Source of the DNA: Cyanobacteria bacterium P01_A01_bin.123
Lineage (GTDB): Bacteria; Cyanobacteriota; Cyanobacteriia; Phormidesmidales; Phormidesmidaceae
Direction of reading: 5' to 3'
Assembly (NCBI GenBank): GCA_039815185.1
Contig: JBCBZT010000023.1
Location: 32,001-96,000, forward strand
Length of the DNA: 64,000 nucleotides
Of the stretch, positions 41,612 to 51,937 are shown piece after piece. Made by a program: the position numbers and the translations under genes. The notes beneath the pieces were generated by a model, which was given only the letters and a program-made list of their open reading frames with translations, was not told the DNA's origin and did not search any database. Position 1 is the stretch's first letter, and the number at the start of each line of letters is the position of its first letter.

Positions 41612-42529
41612 GTGATGAAAAAAGCCTACTGGTGGCTGGCTGGCATTGTCGGAGTCTCGCTGATTGTGGGAGGAAGCTGTGCAGTCATGCGCAATCCAGA
41701 TTCCCCATCTGCTGACTCTACGGTTTCAGAGACCGCTACCCAAGCCGAATCAGAGGCCGAATCTACACCAGGGGATCAAGCGGCTGAGGTAGATCAGACC
41801 CCGACGCCAACGCCTGATCCTGATCAAGCCCTAACAGATTTTGACCATCGCCGTCTTGAGGTGATTGATAAGGTGAACTCAGGCAGCGAGTTTGCCCAAT
41901 TCCGCAATGACTTTGCCGCAGCGGTGAAAGGGCGCGATCGCAACTTTATTACTGCGTTGATCCCTGCGGATGGCTTGATATACGGCTTTGGCGGCCCGAT
42001 GCAGCCTGAAGATCTAGATTTAGCAGAAGAAGACGGTTGGTTTTGGCAAGAGCTTGAAAAAATAGTTGCCCCCAGTAGTTGCGAAGTTACCGATTATCCA
42101 TCAACTCAGCAGGGCCAGGATGTTTGGGTTTGTCCCAATATTTCAGCGTCCTTTTACCGTCAATATCCTGTGTCAGATATCCCGCCAGAGACCTTAGGGG
42201 AAGACGAAGGGCTGGGCGTCGAATTTGAAACGGTGATTGTCTACGGTAACGGTGTGAATGTTCGATCTGCGCCTAACACCAAGGCTGAAGTGGTTGGCAA
42301 GCTCTCCAATGAACTGGTCACCTTAGATCAAGTTGCGATGGAGCAGCTCTACGACGAAGCCCCGGATAGTGCATCCGGTGCGGTTGACGGCTGGACAGCA
42401 ATTGTCTTACCTAATCAAGTCCGTGGCTATGTTTATAACCAATTCGTTTACCAGCCCCTAAGCCCCCGGGCGCTGTTTGAAGAAATTGACGGTGAGTGGC
42501 AAATCGTACGGATTCTAGCAGGAGATTAG
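41612..42529 (+). CDS. Putative lipoprotein with C-terminal SH3b-like domain
   Basis: Lipobox GGSC; low-complexity linker; GVNVRSAP...VVG.L...GW......GYV. Confidence 0.7.
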   Translation: MMKKAYWWLAGIVGVSLIVGGSCAVMRNPDSPSADSTVSETATQAESEAESTPGDQAAEVDQTPTPTPDPDQALTDFDHRRLEVIDKVNSGSEFAQFRNDFAAAVKGRDRNFITALIPADGLIYGFGGPMQPEDLDLAEEDGWFWQELEKIVAPSSCEVTDYPSTQQGQDVWVCPNISASFYRQYPVSDIPPETLGEDEGLGVEFETVIVYGNGVNVRSAPNTKAEVVGKLSNELVTLDQVAMEQLYDEAPDSASGAVDGWTAIVLPNQVRGYVYNQFVYQPLSPRALFEEIDGEWQIVRILAGD

Positions 42530-42536
42530 GCTGACC

Positions 42537-43757
42537 ATGGATTTCTCCGAAAGCTTCAAAATGGCGGTCAAAACGCTGACAGCCAACAAGCTGCGGAGTA
42601 GCTTGACTATGTTGGGCATTATCATTGGAAATGCCTCTGTGATTGCCATGGTGGGTATTGGTGAGGGGGCACAACGGTATGTGAATGAACAGCTCCAATC
42701 GTTAGGGCCAAATGTCTTGTTTATTGCCCCCGGCAATCGAGAAACGCGGGAATTGGGCGGCCTGGATATTCCAAAGACTTTGGTAGTTGCCGATGCGACT
42801 GCGATCGCTCAACAGGTTCCTTCAGTGGTGGCCGTCGCGCCTGAAAATACAACCCGTGGGTTGGTGACCTATCGCAACCGCAATACCAATACCAGCATTG
42901 TTGGCACCAGTCCTGATTTTCCGAAGGTGCGTAGTTTTGATGTGGCTCAAGGAAGATTTCTCAGGGATTTAGACCTGAGGCGTAATGCCCAAGTGGTGGT
43001 GTTGGGGGCGACTTTAGCCGAGCGACTATTTGACGGTGAGCTGCCATTAGGGCAGCAGGTGCGGATTCAGGGTACCAGCTTTGAGGTGATTGGGGTGATG
43101 GCCACTAAAGGGTCAAACCTGGGGCTTGACTATGACGACGCGGTGATGATTCCCATCACGACCCTATCGAGCCGGATTGTGGGGCGTACATCACCCTATG
43201 GCATAGAGGTGTCGTTTATTTCAGTGTCGGCAACGAACCAAGAAAGCATGTCCACTGCTGAGTTTCAAATTACCAACCTGCTGCGCCTCCGCCACAACTT
43301 AACTGGAGAAAACGACTTTTTCATTCAAAGCCAGGACACGCTGCTGACCATTGCCAATACGATTACCGGGGCGCTAACGCTAATGCTGGCTGCGATCGCG
43401 AGCATTTCCCTCTTGGTCGGCGGCATCGGCATTATGAACATTATGCTGGTATCAGTGCGCGAACGGACCCAGGAAATCGGCCTGCGCAAGGCGATTGGGG
43501 CGTCTCAGCAAGACATTTTGGTGCAGTTTATCATCGAAGCCGTGATTCTTTCTGTTGCGGGTGGCATGGTGGGGACAGCTTTAGGGCTATCGGGCATTGT
43601 GTTGATCAGTGCCGTGAGCCCGTTTGAAGCGGGCGTGTCAATGGGCGCGATCGCGATCGCTGTCAGTGTTTCCGGCGGCATCGGTTTGTTCTTCGGCGTC
43701 TTCCCTGCTAGGCAAGCCGCAAAGCTGGATCCAATTGTGGCCTTAAGGAGTGCCTAG
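42537..43757 (+). CDS. MacB-like ABC transporter permease
   Basis: NKLRSSLTMLGIIIG, GGIGIMNIMLVSV.ERT.EIG.RKAIGA. Confidence 0.95.
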   Translation: MDFSESFKMAVKTLTANKLRSSLTMLGIIIGNASVIAMVGIGEGAQRYVNEQLQSLGPNVLFIAPGNRETRELGGLDIPKTLVVADATAIAQQVPSVVAVAPENTTRGLVTYRNRNTNTSIVGTSPDFPKVRSFDVAQGRFLRDLDLRRNAQVVVLGATLAERLFDGELPLGQQVRIQGTSFEVIGVMATKGSNLGLDYDDAVMIPITTLSSRIVGRTSPYGIEVSFISVSATNQESMSTAEFQITNLLRLRHNLTGENDFFIQSQDTLLTIANTITGALTLMLAAIASISLLVGGIGIMNIMLVSVRERTQEIGLRKAIGASQQDILVQFIIEAVILSVAGGMVGTALGLSGIVLISAVSPFEAGVSMGAIAIAVSVSGGIGLFFGVFPARQAAKLDPIVALRSA

Positions 43758-43775
43758 TCGTTTGAGGTTCATACA

Positions 43776-44135
43776 ATGGAAGTAGGTCAAAAATATTCAT
43801 TCGAGATCAATGGTGATCACCCCAATCCCTATTTCATCGTTTGCAAAATCGATAAAGATCATGGGAAAGAAATTATCAGTATTTCAATTGCTGGTCTTAA
43901 ATTTATCAATCCACATTCAGAAACGGGGTTTGGACATGCAATCAGCCATGCCCCAGTAGAGCTCAAAGCTTTATCAAACTCTCCAATTAAATTGGTTGGC
44001 GAAAATGAACAATTACCAGATTATGAAGAAGGCTATTCAACATGGCGTGAAGCCTTTGAATCAGGTCAAGGGGGTTATTTTACAATTTCTCCAGATAAAA
44101 TAGTCGAATATATTGTGAGCAGTATCTTGCAATAA
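43776..44135 (+). CDS. Hypothetical AT-rich protein located between the permease and ATPase genes
   Basis: 119 aa ORF, GAGG RBS, GQK.., H.P, Y.EGY..W.E....G..G.F pattern. Confidence 0.7.
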   Translation: MEVGQKYSFEINGDHPNPYFIVCKIDKDHGKEIISISIAGLKFINPHSETGFGHAISHAPVELKALSNSPIKLVGENEQLPDYEEGYSTWREAFESGQGGYFTISPDKIVEYIVSSILQ

Positions 44136-44326
44136 CACCGGCCAAAGGGATGAGCCGAATCCAAAAAATACGTGATCCAGTCGTTTCGGTATAAGCAAAC
44201 GAAAGTAATTTTTAGGGGGGCAATCCCCGTCGTTTTAGACCCTTCAAAAAGATGTTGCGATTCTTAAGCTGATTCAATTAGAGGCAGTAAATATCTTAGC
44301 GTTTCTGCGTTCACGGATAATTCAAA

Positions 44327-45043
44327 ATGGCAGCGCTGATTGATCTAAAACATATCTGTAAAGTTTACGGCTCTGGCAATACTGAAGTGCGAGCGCTGTG
44401 GGATGTCAGCGTGAGTGTAGAACCGGGGGAATACTGCGCGATTATGGGGCCGTCGGGGTCGGGTAAATCGACAGCGATGAATGTGATTGGCTGCCTCGAT
44501 AAACCTACCTCAGGAGACTATTACTTAGACGGTGAAAATGTGGCAATGTTGGAAGAATCAACCCTCGCCCACGTGCGCAATCGCAAAATTGGCTTTGTGT
44601 TTCAACAGTTCCATTTATTGCCCCAGCTGACAGCGCTTGAAAATGTGAGTTTGCCGATGGTCTATGCTGGCGTGTCCGCTACGGAACGCCAAGTACGGGC
44701 AACAGAGGCTTTAGAACGGGTCGGTTTGGCAGATCGTCTGAAAAATCGCCCCAATCAGCTTTCTGGCGGACAACAGCAGCGGGTCGCAATCGCCCGTGCC
44801 ATCGTCAACCGTCCCCTACTCTTGCTAGCCGATGAACCGACGGGTGCCCTCGACAGCCAAACCACTCAAGATGTGATGGCTATTTTTGCCGAGCTCAATC
44901 AGGCTGGCATTACGGTCGTGATGGTGACCCATGAAGCGGAGGTGGCTCGCTTAAGCCGCCGAGTTATCTGGTTTAGGGATGGTGAGGTGGTGCATAGCAA
45001 CCTCGCCCCTGATGAGTTAGGGCATGTGACTTCCATGGTTTGA
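44327..45043 (+). CDS. ABC transporter ATP-binding protein (MacB/LolD-like)
   Basis: [27 protein letters not shown]. Confidence 0.96.
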   Translation: MAALIDLKHICKVYGSGNTEVRALWDVSVSVEPGEYCAIMGPSGSGKSTAMNVIGCLDKPTSGDYYLDGENVAMLEESTLAHVRNRKIGFVFQQFHLLPQLTALENVSLPMVYAGVSATERQVRATEALERVGLADRLKNRPNQLSGGQQQRVAIARAIVNRPLLLLADEPTGALDSQTTQDVMAIFAELNQAGITVVMVTHEAEVARLSRRVIWFRDGEVVHSNLAPDELGHVTSMV

Positions 45044-45125
45044 TCGCCCATGCCCCTACCCAAAATTTTCTGCCAAATGCCATTCCGATTTTGAGTTTTT
45101 GCAGTATCCTCGACACCAGTAGCGG

Positions 45126-46061
45126 ATGCGAGGTAAAGCGTCTATGGAATATTCAAAGGTTCTAATTGCGCTGTCTTTGTCTCTTAGTGGGGCAGTGATA
45201 GGGGACTCTATTGCGATCGCGTTTCCCATCCAATCCCAACCGTTAACTGTAGCCCAAGCGCCTCCGGCAGACCTAACGCCAGCCGAGACAGAACTCCAGC
45301 GCGGTACCGATCTGATTCAGCAAAATGATGTTGAGGGGGCGCTCGCAGCATTTCAGAAAGCGATTGAGCTTGATCCGAGTTTGGCCCCGGCCCACTACAA
45401 CTTGGGCTTGACCTACCGCCGCCAAGATCAACTGCAAGAAGCCGCCAGTGCCTTTTGGCAAGCAACCCAAGCCGATTCAACCTTTGCGATGGCCTATGTG
45501 AATTTGGGGGCTGTTTTACTCGAAGGCAATAACCTTGACCAGGCGGATGAATATTTGAACCAGGCGATTGCCCTAGAGCCAGAATTGGGGATTGCCCATT
45601 ACAATTTGGGTTTAGTGCATCAACGTCAGGGCAATATGGACGCTGCAATCGTGTCCTTTGATCTAGCTCGGGCGCTGAGCCCTGATTTGCCAACACCTTA
45701 CTATCAGTTGGGGGCAATTTATTTGGTGCAAAACCGTTTGACTGAAGCAGAGCAGGCTTTTCGCGGCGCGATCGCCCGCGATAGCAATTATGCCGATGCC
45801 CACTATAATCTGGGTTTGATTCTCTATGAGCAGGGCAACTTCTCTGATGCATTGGCATCTTTTCAGCAAACCGTCAATGCCAACGCTAACTATGCCGACG
45901 CCTATTACAGTGCTGGGCTCACACTGATTCAAATGACAGAATACCAGCGCGCGATCGAAGCCCTAGAGTATGCTCGTGGACTTTACATTACCCAGGGGCG
46001 TAATGAGTGGGCTTCTAATGCCCAGGCCCATTTGAATCAGATTCAGCAACCGACTGAATAA
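45126..46061 (+). CDS. Secreted tetratricopeptide repeat protein
   Basis: Repeated AHYNLG/AYVNLG TPR units; N-terminal signal. Confidence 0.9.
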   Translation: MRGKASMEYSKVLIALSLSLSGAVIGDSIAIAFPIQSQPLTVAQAPPADLTPAETELQRGTDLIQQNDVEGALAAFQKAIELDPSLAPAHYNLGLTYRRQDQLQEAASAFWQATQADSTFAMAYVNLGAVLLEGNNLDQADEYLNQAIALEPELGIAHYNLGLVHQRQGNMDAAIVSFDLARALSPDLPTPYYQLGAIYLVQNRLTEAEQAFRGAIARDSNYADAHYNLGLILYEQGNFSDALASFQQTVNANANYADAYYSAGLTLIQMTEYQRAIEALEYARGLYITQGRNEWASNAQAHLNQIQQPTE

Positions 46062-46076
46062 GCAATATCCTGCTTT

Positions 46077-47711
46077 TTAAGATACGACCATAGGTTTGCG
46101 ATCGCGTAGCAAATACGTTTCCATCATGCCTTTGCCTTTGATCGGGATCTCGCCGCGGGGATTGAATTCAAAATTTCCTTGTAGGGCTGCATAGGTCGCC
46201 TGCGTGACCTGGATTTCACCCGCGATGCCGGATGATTCCATGCGGCTGGCAATATTGACCGTATCGCCCCATAAATCGTAGATAAACTTTTTCGTGCCGA
46301 TTACTCCTGCGACTACAGGCCCTGTGTTGATGCCAATGCGCATCGTAACGGGGCGCTCCTGTTGTTGGCTAAAGGCTTTGATGGCAGTTTGCATATCTAA
46401 GGCCATCTCCGCGATCGCAGCGGCATGATCATCCCGGTGTTCTGGCAACCCCCCAACAACCATGTAAGCGTCCCCAATGGTTTTGATTTTTTCGAGACCA
46501 TGTTTCTCCGCAAGCGCATCAAAGGTGGAAAAAATCTCGTTGAGCATAATCACTGTGGCTTGGGGTGACAACTCCGTAGCTAGGCGGGTAAAGTCAACAA
46601 TGTCAGCAAACAAGACGGTCACTTCAGCAAAGTGATCGGCGATCGTGCCTTGCTGTTGTTTCAACCGAGTTGCAATCGGTTGAGGCAAAATGTTGAGCAA
46701 TAGTTGTTCAGACTTTTCTTTTTCTGCCTCGAGCGCTAGGCTCGCCCGTTTGCGCTCGGCGACGCTGGCGGCCAACGCGAGAGCTGTAATGACCAGCACG
46801 CAGATATAAGCTTCCAACGCCAAAATCGCTTGTTCTGGCTCTGTAGAAAAATGATGAAAGAATGGGCCTTGGTTTTGGATAAACCCCCAACAGGCAAAGC
46901 CCGTCGTCAACAGAATTGCGGCTGCGGCCCCAGGAGACCCTAACTGTAAGGCTCCCCAAACAATGAAGGGAAATGGCAAATATTCCAGCGGAAAGGGCGT
47001 AATGGCCATCCCATTGGGGGGCGCAAAGACTAACCAGCTCAGTACCCCCAAGCTGACCAACCAGACTAGCCCGCTGATTCGTTGGGAGGTCGTTTGAAAC
47101 TGTTTTGGCCACTCTGGCAGCAGCAGCACGGCGGGAAATAGGATCAATACGCCACTGACGTTACCAATCCACCAGTTAAACCAAATAGTGCCGAGGATGC
47201 CGACATCTGTTGTCATTGATGAACAACACTGAATCACCCCAATGGAGGCACTCACCGTGGATGGTACCAGTGCGCCCAAAACAATCATCAGTCTGACGTC
47301 GCGCAGATGGTCTAAGCGTGGCGAAAACCCTGCTCTCATGAGCAACCATGCTCCCAGTAATGCCTGCAAGGTATTATTGAGGGCTGTAATTATTCCACCC
47401 ATCCATAGGGTTTGGCCCTCCGTCAGGGCTGTATTGAGCAGAGATCCCAAAGCTACCGCTGGCCAAAATTTGAGTCCAAGCAATAGCAAAATGAGTTGAC
47501 TGTAGGCGGCGGGAGGCCAAATGGGATAACCGGGGAAATCGACAGGGACAGGAAATTGAAATACCAGCCATACCAGTAGGCGATAACCCACGGCAAGTAA
47601 CGCGATCGCCCCGATATATTTCCATCCCTGTAATCGGCGTGCCCATTTTGAATACACTGGGCGACGACGAGGGCGCAAGGTATCCCACCAGTTATTGCTT
47701 CGGAACGGCAT
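46077..47711 (-). CDS. MASE1-domain class III adenylate cyclase
   Basis: PIWPP, WWIGN..G, LEYLPFP..VW.A (MASE1); LFADIVDFT, EKIKTIGDAYM, KFIYDLWGDTVNIASRMES (Lys/Asp give ATP specificity). Confidence 0.92.
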   Translation of the reverse strand: MPFRSNNWWDTLRPRRRPVYSKWARRLQGWKYIGAIALLAVGYRLLVWLVFQFPVPVDFPGYPIWPPAAYSQLILLLLGLKFWPAVALGSLLNTALTEGQTLWMGGIITALNNTLQALLGAWLLMRAGFSPRLDHLRDVRLMIVLGALVPSTVSASIGVIQCCSSMTTDVGILGTIWFNWWIGNVSGVLILFPAVLLLPEWPKQFQTTSQRISGLVWLVSLGVLSWLVFAPPNGMAITPFPLEYLPFPFIVWGALQLGSPGAAAAILLTTGFACWGFIQNQGPFFHHFSTEPEQAILALEAYICVLVITALALAASVAERKRASLALEAEKEKSEQLLLNILPQPIATRLKQQQGTIADHFAEVTVLFADIVDFTRLATELSPQATVIMLNEIFSTFDALAEKHGLEKIKTIGDAYMVVGGLPEHRDDHAAAIAEMALDMQTAIKAFSQQQERPVTMRIGINTGPVVAGVIGTKKFIYDLWGDTVNIASRMESSGIAGEIQVTQATYAALQGNFEFNPRGEIPIKGKGMMETYLLRDRKPMVVS

Positions 47712-48003
47712 AGGCTACCCAACTTAGACAGCACCAGTCTAATCACTAGAAGTCTCCACGACCAAGACACCCTAGTGCTGATCGAGCACATTACTAATGA
47801 AGCTCAAATCTTCAAAAAGTTTGGATGAAACGAGCCACAGGACAAAATCTTCAAGCGTGATGAGAAATAATCCCTAAAATTTACACTTATCTGTCACATT
47901 GATCGATAAGACTTTACTTTAAGGGGGTATCTGGCAAACTTGACCGATCAGTCTTGCCATAGACAAGGGTACCTGGTGGTCTGGGTTGAAGTGCTAGAAA
48001 TGC

Positions 48004-48840
48004 CTACCGTAGTCCACCCGTTAAAAACTGCTTGGTCCAATTCCAGGGAGACAAGGGAGCTGGCGTGCCGCCGCGTTGAATACCGCAGGTTTCTGCTAAT
48101 AAAGTTTCAAAGATAGGGAAATTGGGAATTTCGTAATCTGCAACCTGAGCCCAGCGCTTGGGTTTAGGACCTGTTGCCCAAATCGTAACTGTGCCTTCTG
48201 CGTATCTAACCGCTTCAACCGCTGACCACGGCAGGGAGGCAGATTGCCCGGTTTGAGCCATGGGAGACTTTTTTAGAAATCCTTCTCGCGTGATGCCGAG
48301 GGTCTTGAACCAGATGGGGTTGCCAGCTTGATAGTCTGAACGGATTTGAGGCATTTTGCACTCTAAAACCCGAGCTTGTATCCATTGCCCCACAGTCGGC
48401 AGCCTCAGCATCAACCGTTTACCCCGACGATCTTGAATCGTGTAGAGATATTCGGTGGTTTGATGGCGCAAATTTTGATCAAGAATTTTGACGATCCGCT
48501 GCCAAACGGTTTCAATCTGGTCATATCGGGTGATGTAGCGCCCCCAAGCGGAAACGTGAATGAGTCCTTCTTCATAGATGTAGAGACTATTACGAGCGAT
48601 CGCAAGATAGAGTAGCCCTGCCGATGCGATCGCAATCAACGCGCCAAAGATTGGATAACCTGCGACGAAAACATATAGTGATACGACAGCGCCAAGCGTA
48701 ACCAGGATCGCCAGCAGCAACACCATTTCTGAACTGGACTGATGGGAGTCTACAAGATTGCCCAAGTTATGTGTTGTGGCAAGCTGGTTGATGGATTTGG
48801 GAGTACGGTGAGCCATCTGATTATGAATAGGGGCGTTCAA
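48004..48840 (-). CDS. Hypothetical membrane protein (2 TM plus PH-like domains, DUF6585-like)
   Basis: Two TM helices, then LYIYEEGL, I.F..L.IT.EG, LPW..V, IPN..IF. Confidence 0.65.
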   Translation of the reverse strand: MNAPIHNQMAHRTPKSINQLATTHNLGNLVDSHQSSSEMVLLLAILVTLGAVVSLYVFVAGYPIFGALIAIASAGLLYLAIARNSLYIYEEGLIHVSAWGRYITRYDQIETVWQRIVKILDQNLRHQTTEYLYTIQDRRGKRLMLRLPTVGQWIQARVLECKMPQIRSDYQAGNPIWFKTLGITREGFLKKSPMAQTGQSASLPWSAVEAVRYAEGTVTIWATGPKPKRWAQVADYEIPNFPIFETLLAETCGIQRGGTPAPLSPWNWTKQFLTGGLR

Positions 48841-48973
48841 TACTATCTCGATGTATTTCTCGGTACAGATTAGATATTCAAAATTTCTGATCCAAGACTG
48901 CTGTTCCCTAACATCCTCAAGAACAAGGCTGCCAGCCAGATTGCTTGCAGTCTGAGCATCCCAGCGACACTCG

Positions 48974-48997
48974 GTGCTGCCAGCTTGCTGGCAGCAC
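48974..48997 (-). terminator. GC-rich hairpin right after the relic ORF stop
   Basis: GTGCTGCCAGC-TT-GCTGGCAGCAC is a perfect inverted repeat. Confidence 0.5.
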
Positions 48998-49133
48998 TAT
49001 AAATCAGCTATCCAACCCTCGATATTCCCCTCTTGGTTAATCCCAGTGCCGACAATTGTTAAACCATCTGCAGAAATTCCAGTCACCGTGCCCAAATTAG
49101 TCAATGTCTGCAGCGGACTCAAATCTGAGTTGA
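48997..49133 (-). pseudogene. C-terminal relic of an extracellular HAF-repeat-type protein
   Basis: Minus-strand translation ...LTNLGTVTGISADGLTIVGTGINQEGNIEGWIADL*, with no N-terminal part. Confidence 0.6.
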
Positions 49134-49895
49134 CTAAATGACACCTTCCATCACTTGTTCCCCTGCAGTTGCCGGATCGGGCGGCATCGCTTTGACATCA
49201 ATGGTGACTGAAAGTTGGGTCGCTTTGACACCCTGAGGTGGTGTTTCTAGCGGGGTGAATCTAACGAACACAGAGCCATCGTTATCCGTATTAAATTCAC
49301 CGCAATAGATGATCTCGCCGTTCTCAAGCACTAACCACATCCGATAAATCTGATCGGGAGGTAAAGGCGGCAGATTGCCTAGGGAAACAATGACTTCCTG
49401 CCAACGACCGGGGGTGAACAGCAGTGTCCCCGCTGCATCGGTGCTGCTACCCGTGAGGGCAATCAGACGGCTATTAGGCTGTTGTAAGATTCCTGCAACA
49501 TAGTCTTCATTCGCTTGCTGCGCTATACGGAGTTGGTTCCGTAGTCGGAGATTGTCTAAGGCAAGGAGTAGGGCCGCGATCGCGATTAACCCTGCCAATA
49601 GCTTGAAAATAGAACCTGTCAATCGGGGTTGAGCAGCCCGATTTGTGATTGGCTGAATAGGAGTGGCGGTAATTTTTTCCCGCAGGGCCATTGGGGGCTC
49701 TACTGTTGACAATGCCTGAGGTATGAGGTCAAAGCTGGCTTGCAGGGCCTGAACTTCTTCGAGAAACTGAACATTGGTAGCAGCAAGTTGCGCGAGTTGC
49801 TCCGCCTCTTCAGGGGTTAAATCCCCGATGACGTAACCTGCGGCTAGTAGCTTTTCTGCCTCTGAAAGCGGTTGTGGCATATTGGTATCTTTCAT
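49134..49895 (-). CDS. Anti-sigma factor (RskA-like)
   Basis: LAAGYVIGDL.PEE, PP.ALR..I, TM helix, LPPLP..Q.Y.MW. Confidence 0.9.
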   Translation of the reverse strand: MKDTNMPQPLSEAEKLLAAGYVIGDLTPEEAEQLAQLAATNVQFLEEVQALQASFDLIPQALSTVEPPMALREKITATPIQPITNRAAQPRLTGSIFKLLAGLIAIAALLLALDNLRLRNQLRIAQQANEDYVAGILQQPNSRLIALTGSSTDAAGTLLFTPGRWQEVIVSLGNLPPLPPDQIYRMWLVLENGEIIYCGEFNTDNDGSVFVRFTPLETPPQGVKATQLSVTIDVKAMPPDPATAGEQVMEGVI

Positions 49896-50455
49896 TCGAC
49901 CGCACCTCCCAGGTGTTGCCTTAGCTCCATCAAGCCTCTACGGGCCCTGGTTTTTACGGTGCCGAGCGGTATGTTTAACTGACGGGCAATTTCTGAGTGG
50001 CTAATCCCCTGATAAAAATTCATTTCTAAAATCTGGCGTTGTTGGGATGAGAGTTGAGCTAACGCCTGTTGAACAGTAGCTTTTTGATCTGCTAAAGAGG
50101 CTTTTTCGAGTGGCGTAACATTTGTGCGATCGGGCAAGGAACGCTGCAATCGCTGTAGAGACCGTTGGCGACTGCTGTGGCTTGCCAGTCGGTTAAGCGC
50201 CCGCGATCGCGTCATGATGCAAAGGTAGGTACTCAAGGCCGCGCGGCTAGGGTCAAATTTATCTTGCTCCCAGAAACGACAAAATATTTCCTGAGTTAGG
50301 TCTTCTGCTTCTGCTGGCCGTTTCAGGAGTTTTAGGGCAACGGTATAGACCAAACTGCCATAGCGGTCATAAATGATAGTGAGGGCTTCCTGGCGTCCTG
50401 ATCTCAAGCTTTGAATCAGCTCGATATCAGATGCATCAGTAGAGACACGGGCCAT
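49892..50455 (-). CDS. ECF sigma-70 factor (SigK-like)
   Basis: IYDRYG..VY, AEDLTQEIF, SHSEIA..L.IPLGTVKTR; 4 nt overlap with the anti-sigma gene. Confidence 0.94.
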   Translation of the reverse strand: MARVSTDASDIELIQSLRSGRQEALTIIYDRYGSLVYTVALKLLKRPAEAEDLTQEIFCRFWEQDKFDPSRAALSTYLCIMTRSRALNRLASHSSRQRSLQRLQRSLPDRTNVTPLEKASLADQKATVQQALAQLSSQQRQILEMNFYQGISHSEIARQLNIPLGTVKTRARRGLMELRQHLGGAVE

Positions 50456-50763
50456 ACATCATTGAGGATTGGGTGGACTGACATCCGGTTAAGGATAATC
50501 GGTAGTACAGTTCAAGGGGACAAACCTGACCTGTACTATTGAAATTCACGAGTGCCTCTACTATTTCAGTACAGGCTATTCTTGCAAGTGGATTTAAAGA
50601 CAATATCAATCCTGACTATTTAACGCTTCAGCGGTCAAATCAATCACACTAGATTTAAAAACCTGAGTAGAAGCACAGAGCTCCGCTTCTATAAAGGAAA
50701 AACAGGGTGTTGATCTCGGTCAAGATTTAACTTTACATCGGCACGGGCGATCGAAAAAACTGC

Positions 50764-50794
50764 TTGACTTAGAGTGCGCTCTAACTTCTAGGGT
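50764..50794 (+). promoter_or_regulatory. MerR-type promoter with 19 bp spacer and dyad operator
   Basis: -35 TTGACT (50764), palindrome TTAGAGTGCGCTCTAA (50769-50784), -10 TAGGGT (50789). Confidence 0.85.
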
Positions 50795-51229
50795 ATGGAT
50801 ATGGCTCAGGAACTCACTATCCAACAAGTGGCTGCAGCCACCGGGCTCAGCGTCCACACCTTGCGCTATTACGAGCGGTGCGACCTGATTGCGCCAATCC
50901 ACCGCGCTAGGAATGGTCACAGGCGCTATTCTGCGCAAGATATTAACTGGATTAAGTTTCTAACCAAGCTGCGAATGACGGGGATGCCCATTCGTCAGAT
51001 GCAACAGTATGCCACGTTGCTTCGGGAACGACCGGATGCTGTGCAAGCAAGACGGGCACTTTTGGAAACTCACCGACAAACCGTTGTCGAACATTTGCAG
51101 CAGCTCCAGGAAAACCTCGCTGTGATTGAATGGAAAATTCAACACTATAAAGATCTCGAAGAGAACCTCTCACAGACATTTCGTTACCCTGCGCTTGCGC
51201 CTAGGGAAATGCAGAAAAACGATTCATAG
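50795..51229 (+). CDS. MerR family regulator (NmlR/AdhR-like)
   Basis: TIQQVA..TGLS.HTLRYYE, NGHRRY, LR.TGMPI, KI.HY. Start may be ATG 50801. Confidence 0.93.
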   Translation: MDMAQELTIQQVAAATGLSVHTLRYYERCDLIAPIHRARNGHRRYSAQDINWIKFLTKLRMTGMPIRQMQQYATLLRERPDAVQARRALLETHRQTVVEHLQQLQENLAVIEWKIQHYKDLEENLSQTFRYPALAPREMQKNDS

Positions 51230-51502
51230 GCTTAGCGTGTGAATCAATAGCGTTGGGGTCTGATGCTGCTAACACGCCCTGACGCGAGATGATTTTGGCT
51301 GGGATCTCCCGTTTAAAGGTGGGTCTCAGGGTTGATGGCGTCTCACGCTGGTGATCTCGATGATTTATGGCGCTGGCCGGATTGCTTAATGCACCTAGTA
51401 TCGCTGGGATGCCCAATACACAAGCAATCTGGCTTGCCGTAGTGCACAAAGCTTTGTGGCTACGACTATATCTCCCTTAAACCCATTACCTAAGAGGCTG
51501 AG

Positions 51503-51937
51503 ATGGAAATAACTGCTAATCAACAGATGATTGAGTCCGAACGCTACCAGCAGGGGTGGCAAAAGCTGAAAGAGATTGATGGTAAAGCAGGCGAAAAGGT
51601 AATTGACAGTCTGCAGAACATCGCGCCTGATTTAGCCCGCTACGTGATTGAATTTCCCTTTGGCGATATCTACTCGCGTCCGGGGCTGGATTTGAAATCG
51701 AGAGAAATTGCGACCGTTGCTGCCCTGACAGCTTTGGGTAACGCTCAACCACAGCTTAAGGTGCATATTCACGCGGCTCTGAATGTGGGCTGTACGCCTG
51801 AGGAGATTGTGGAATTGGTGATGCAAATGTCTGTCTATGCCGGGTTTCCGGCTGCGCTGAATGGCATGACGATTGTCAAACAAGTTTTTGCTGAACGAGA
51901 AATAATCCCATACGTTTCTGGAGAGTCATTAAGATGA
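51503..51937 (+). CDS. Carboxymuconolactone decarboxylase family protein
   Basis: [33 protein letters not shown]. Confidence 0.92.
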   Translation: MEITANQQMIESERYQQGWQKLKEIDGKAGEKVIDSLQNIAPDLARYVIEFPFGDIYSRPGLDLKSREIATVAALTALGNAQPQLKVHIHAALNVGCTPEEIVELVMQMSVYAGFPAALNGMTIVKQVFAEREIIPYVSGESLR

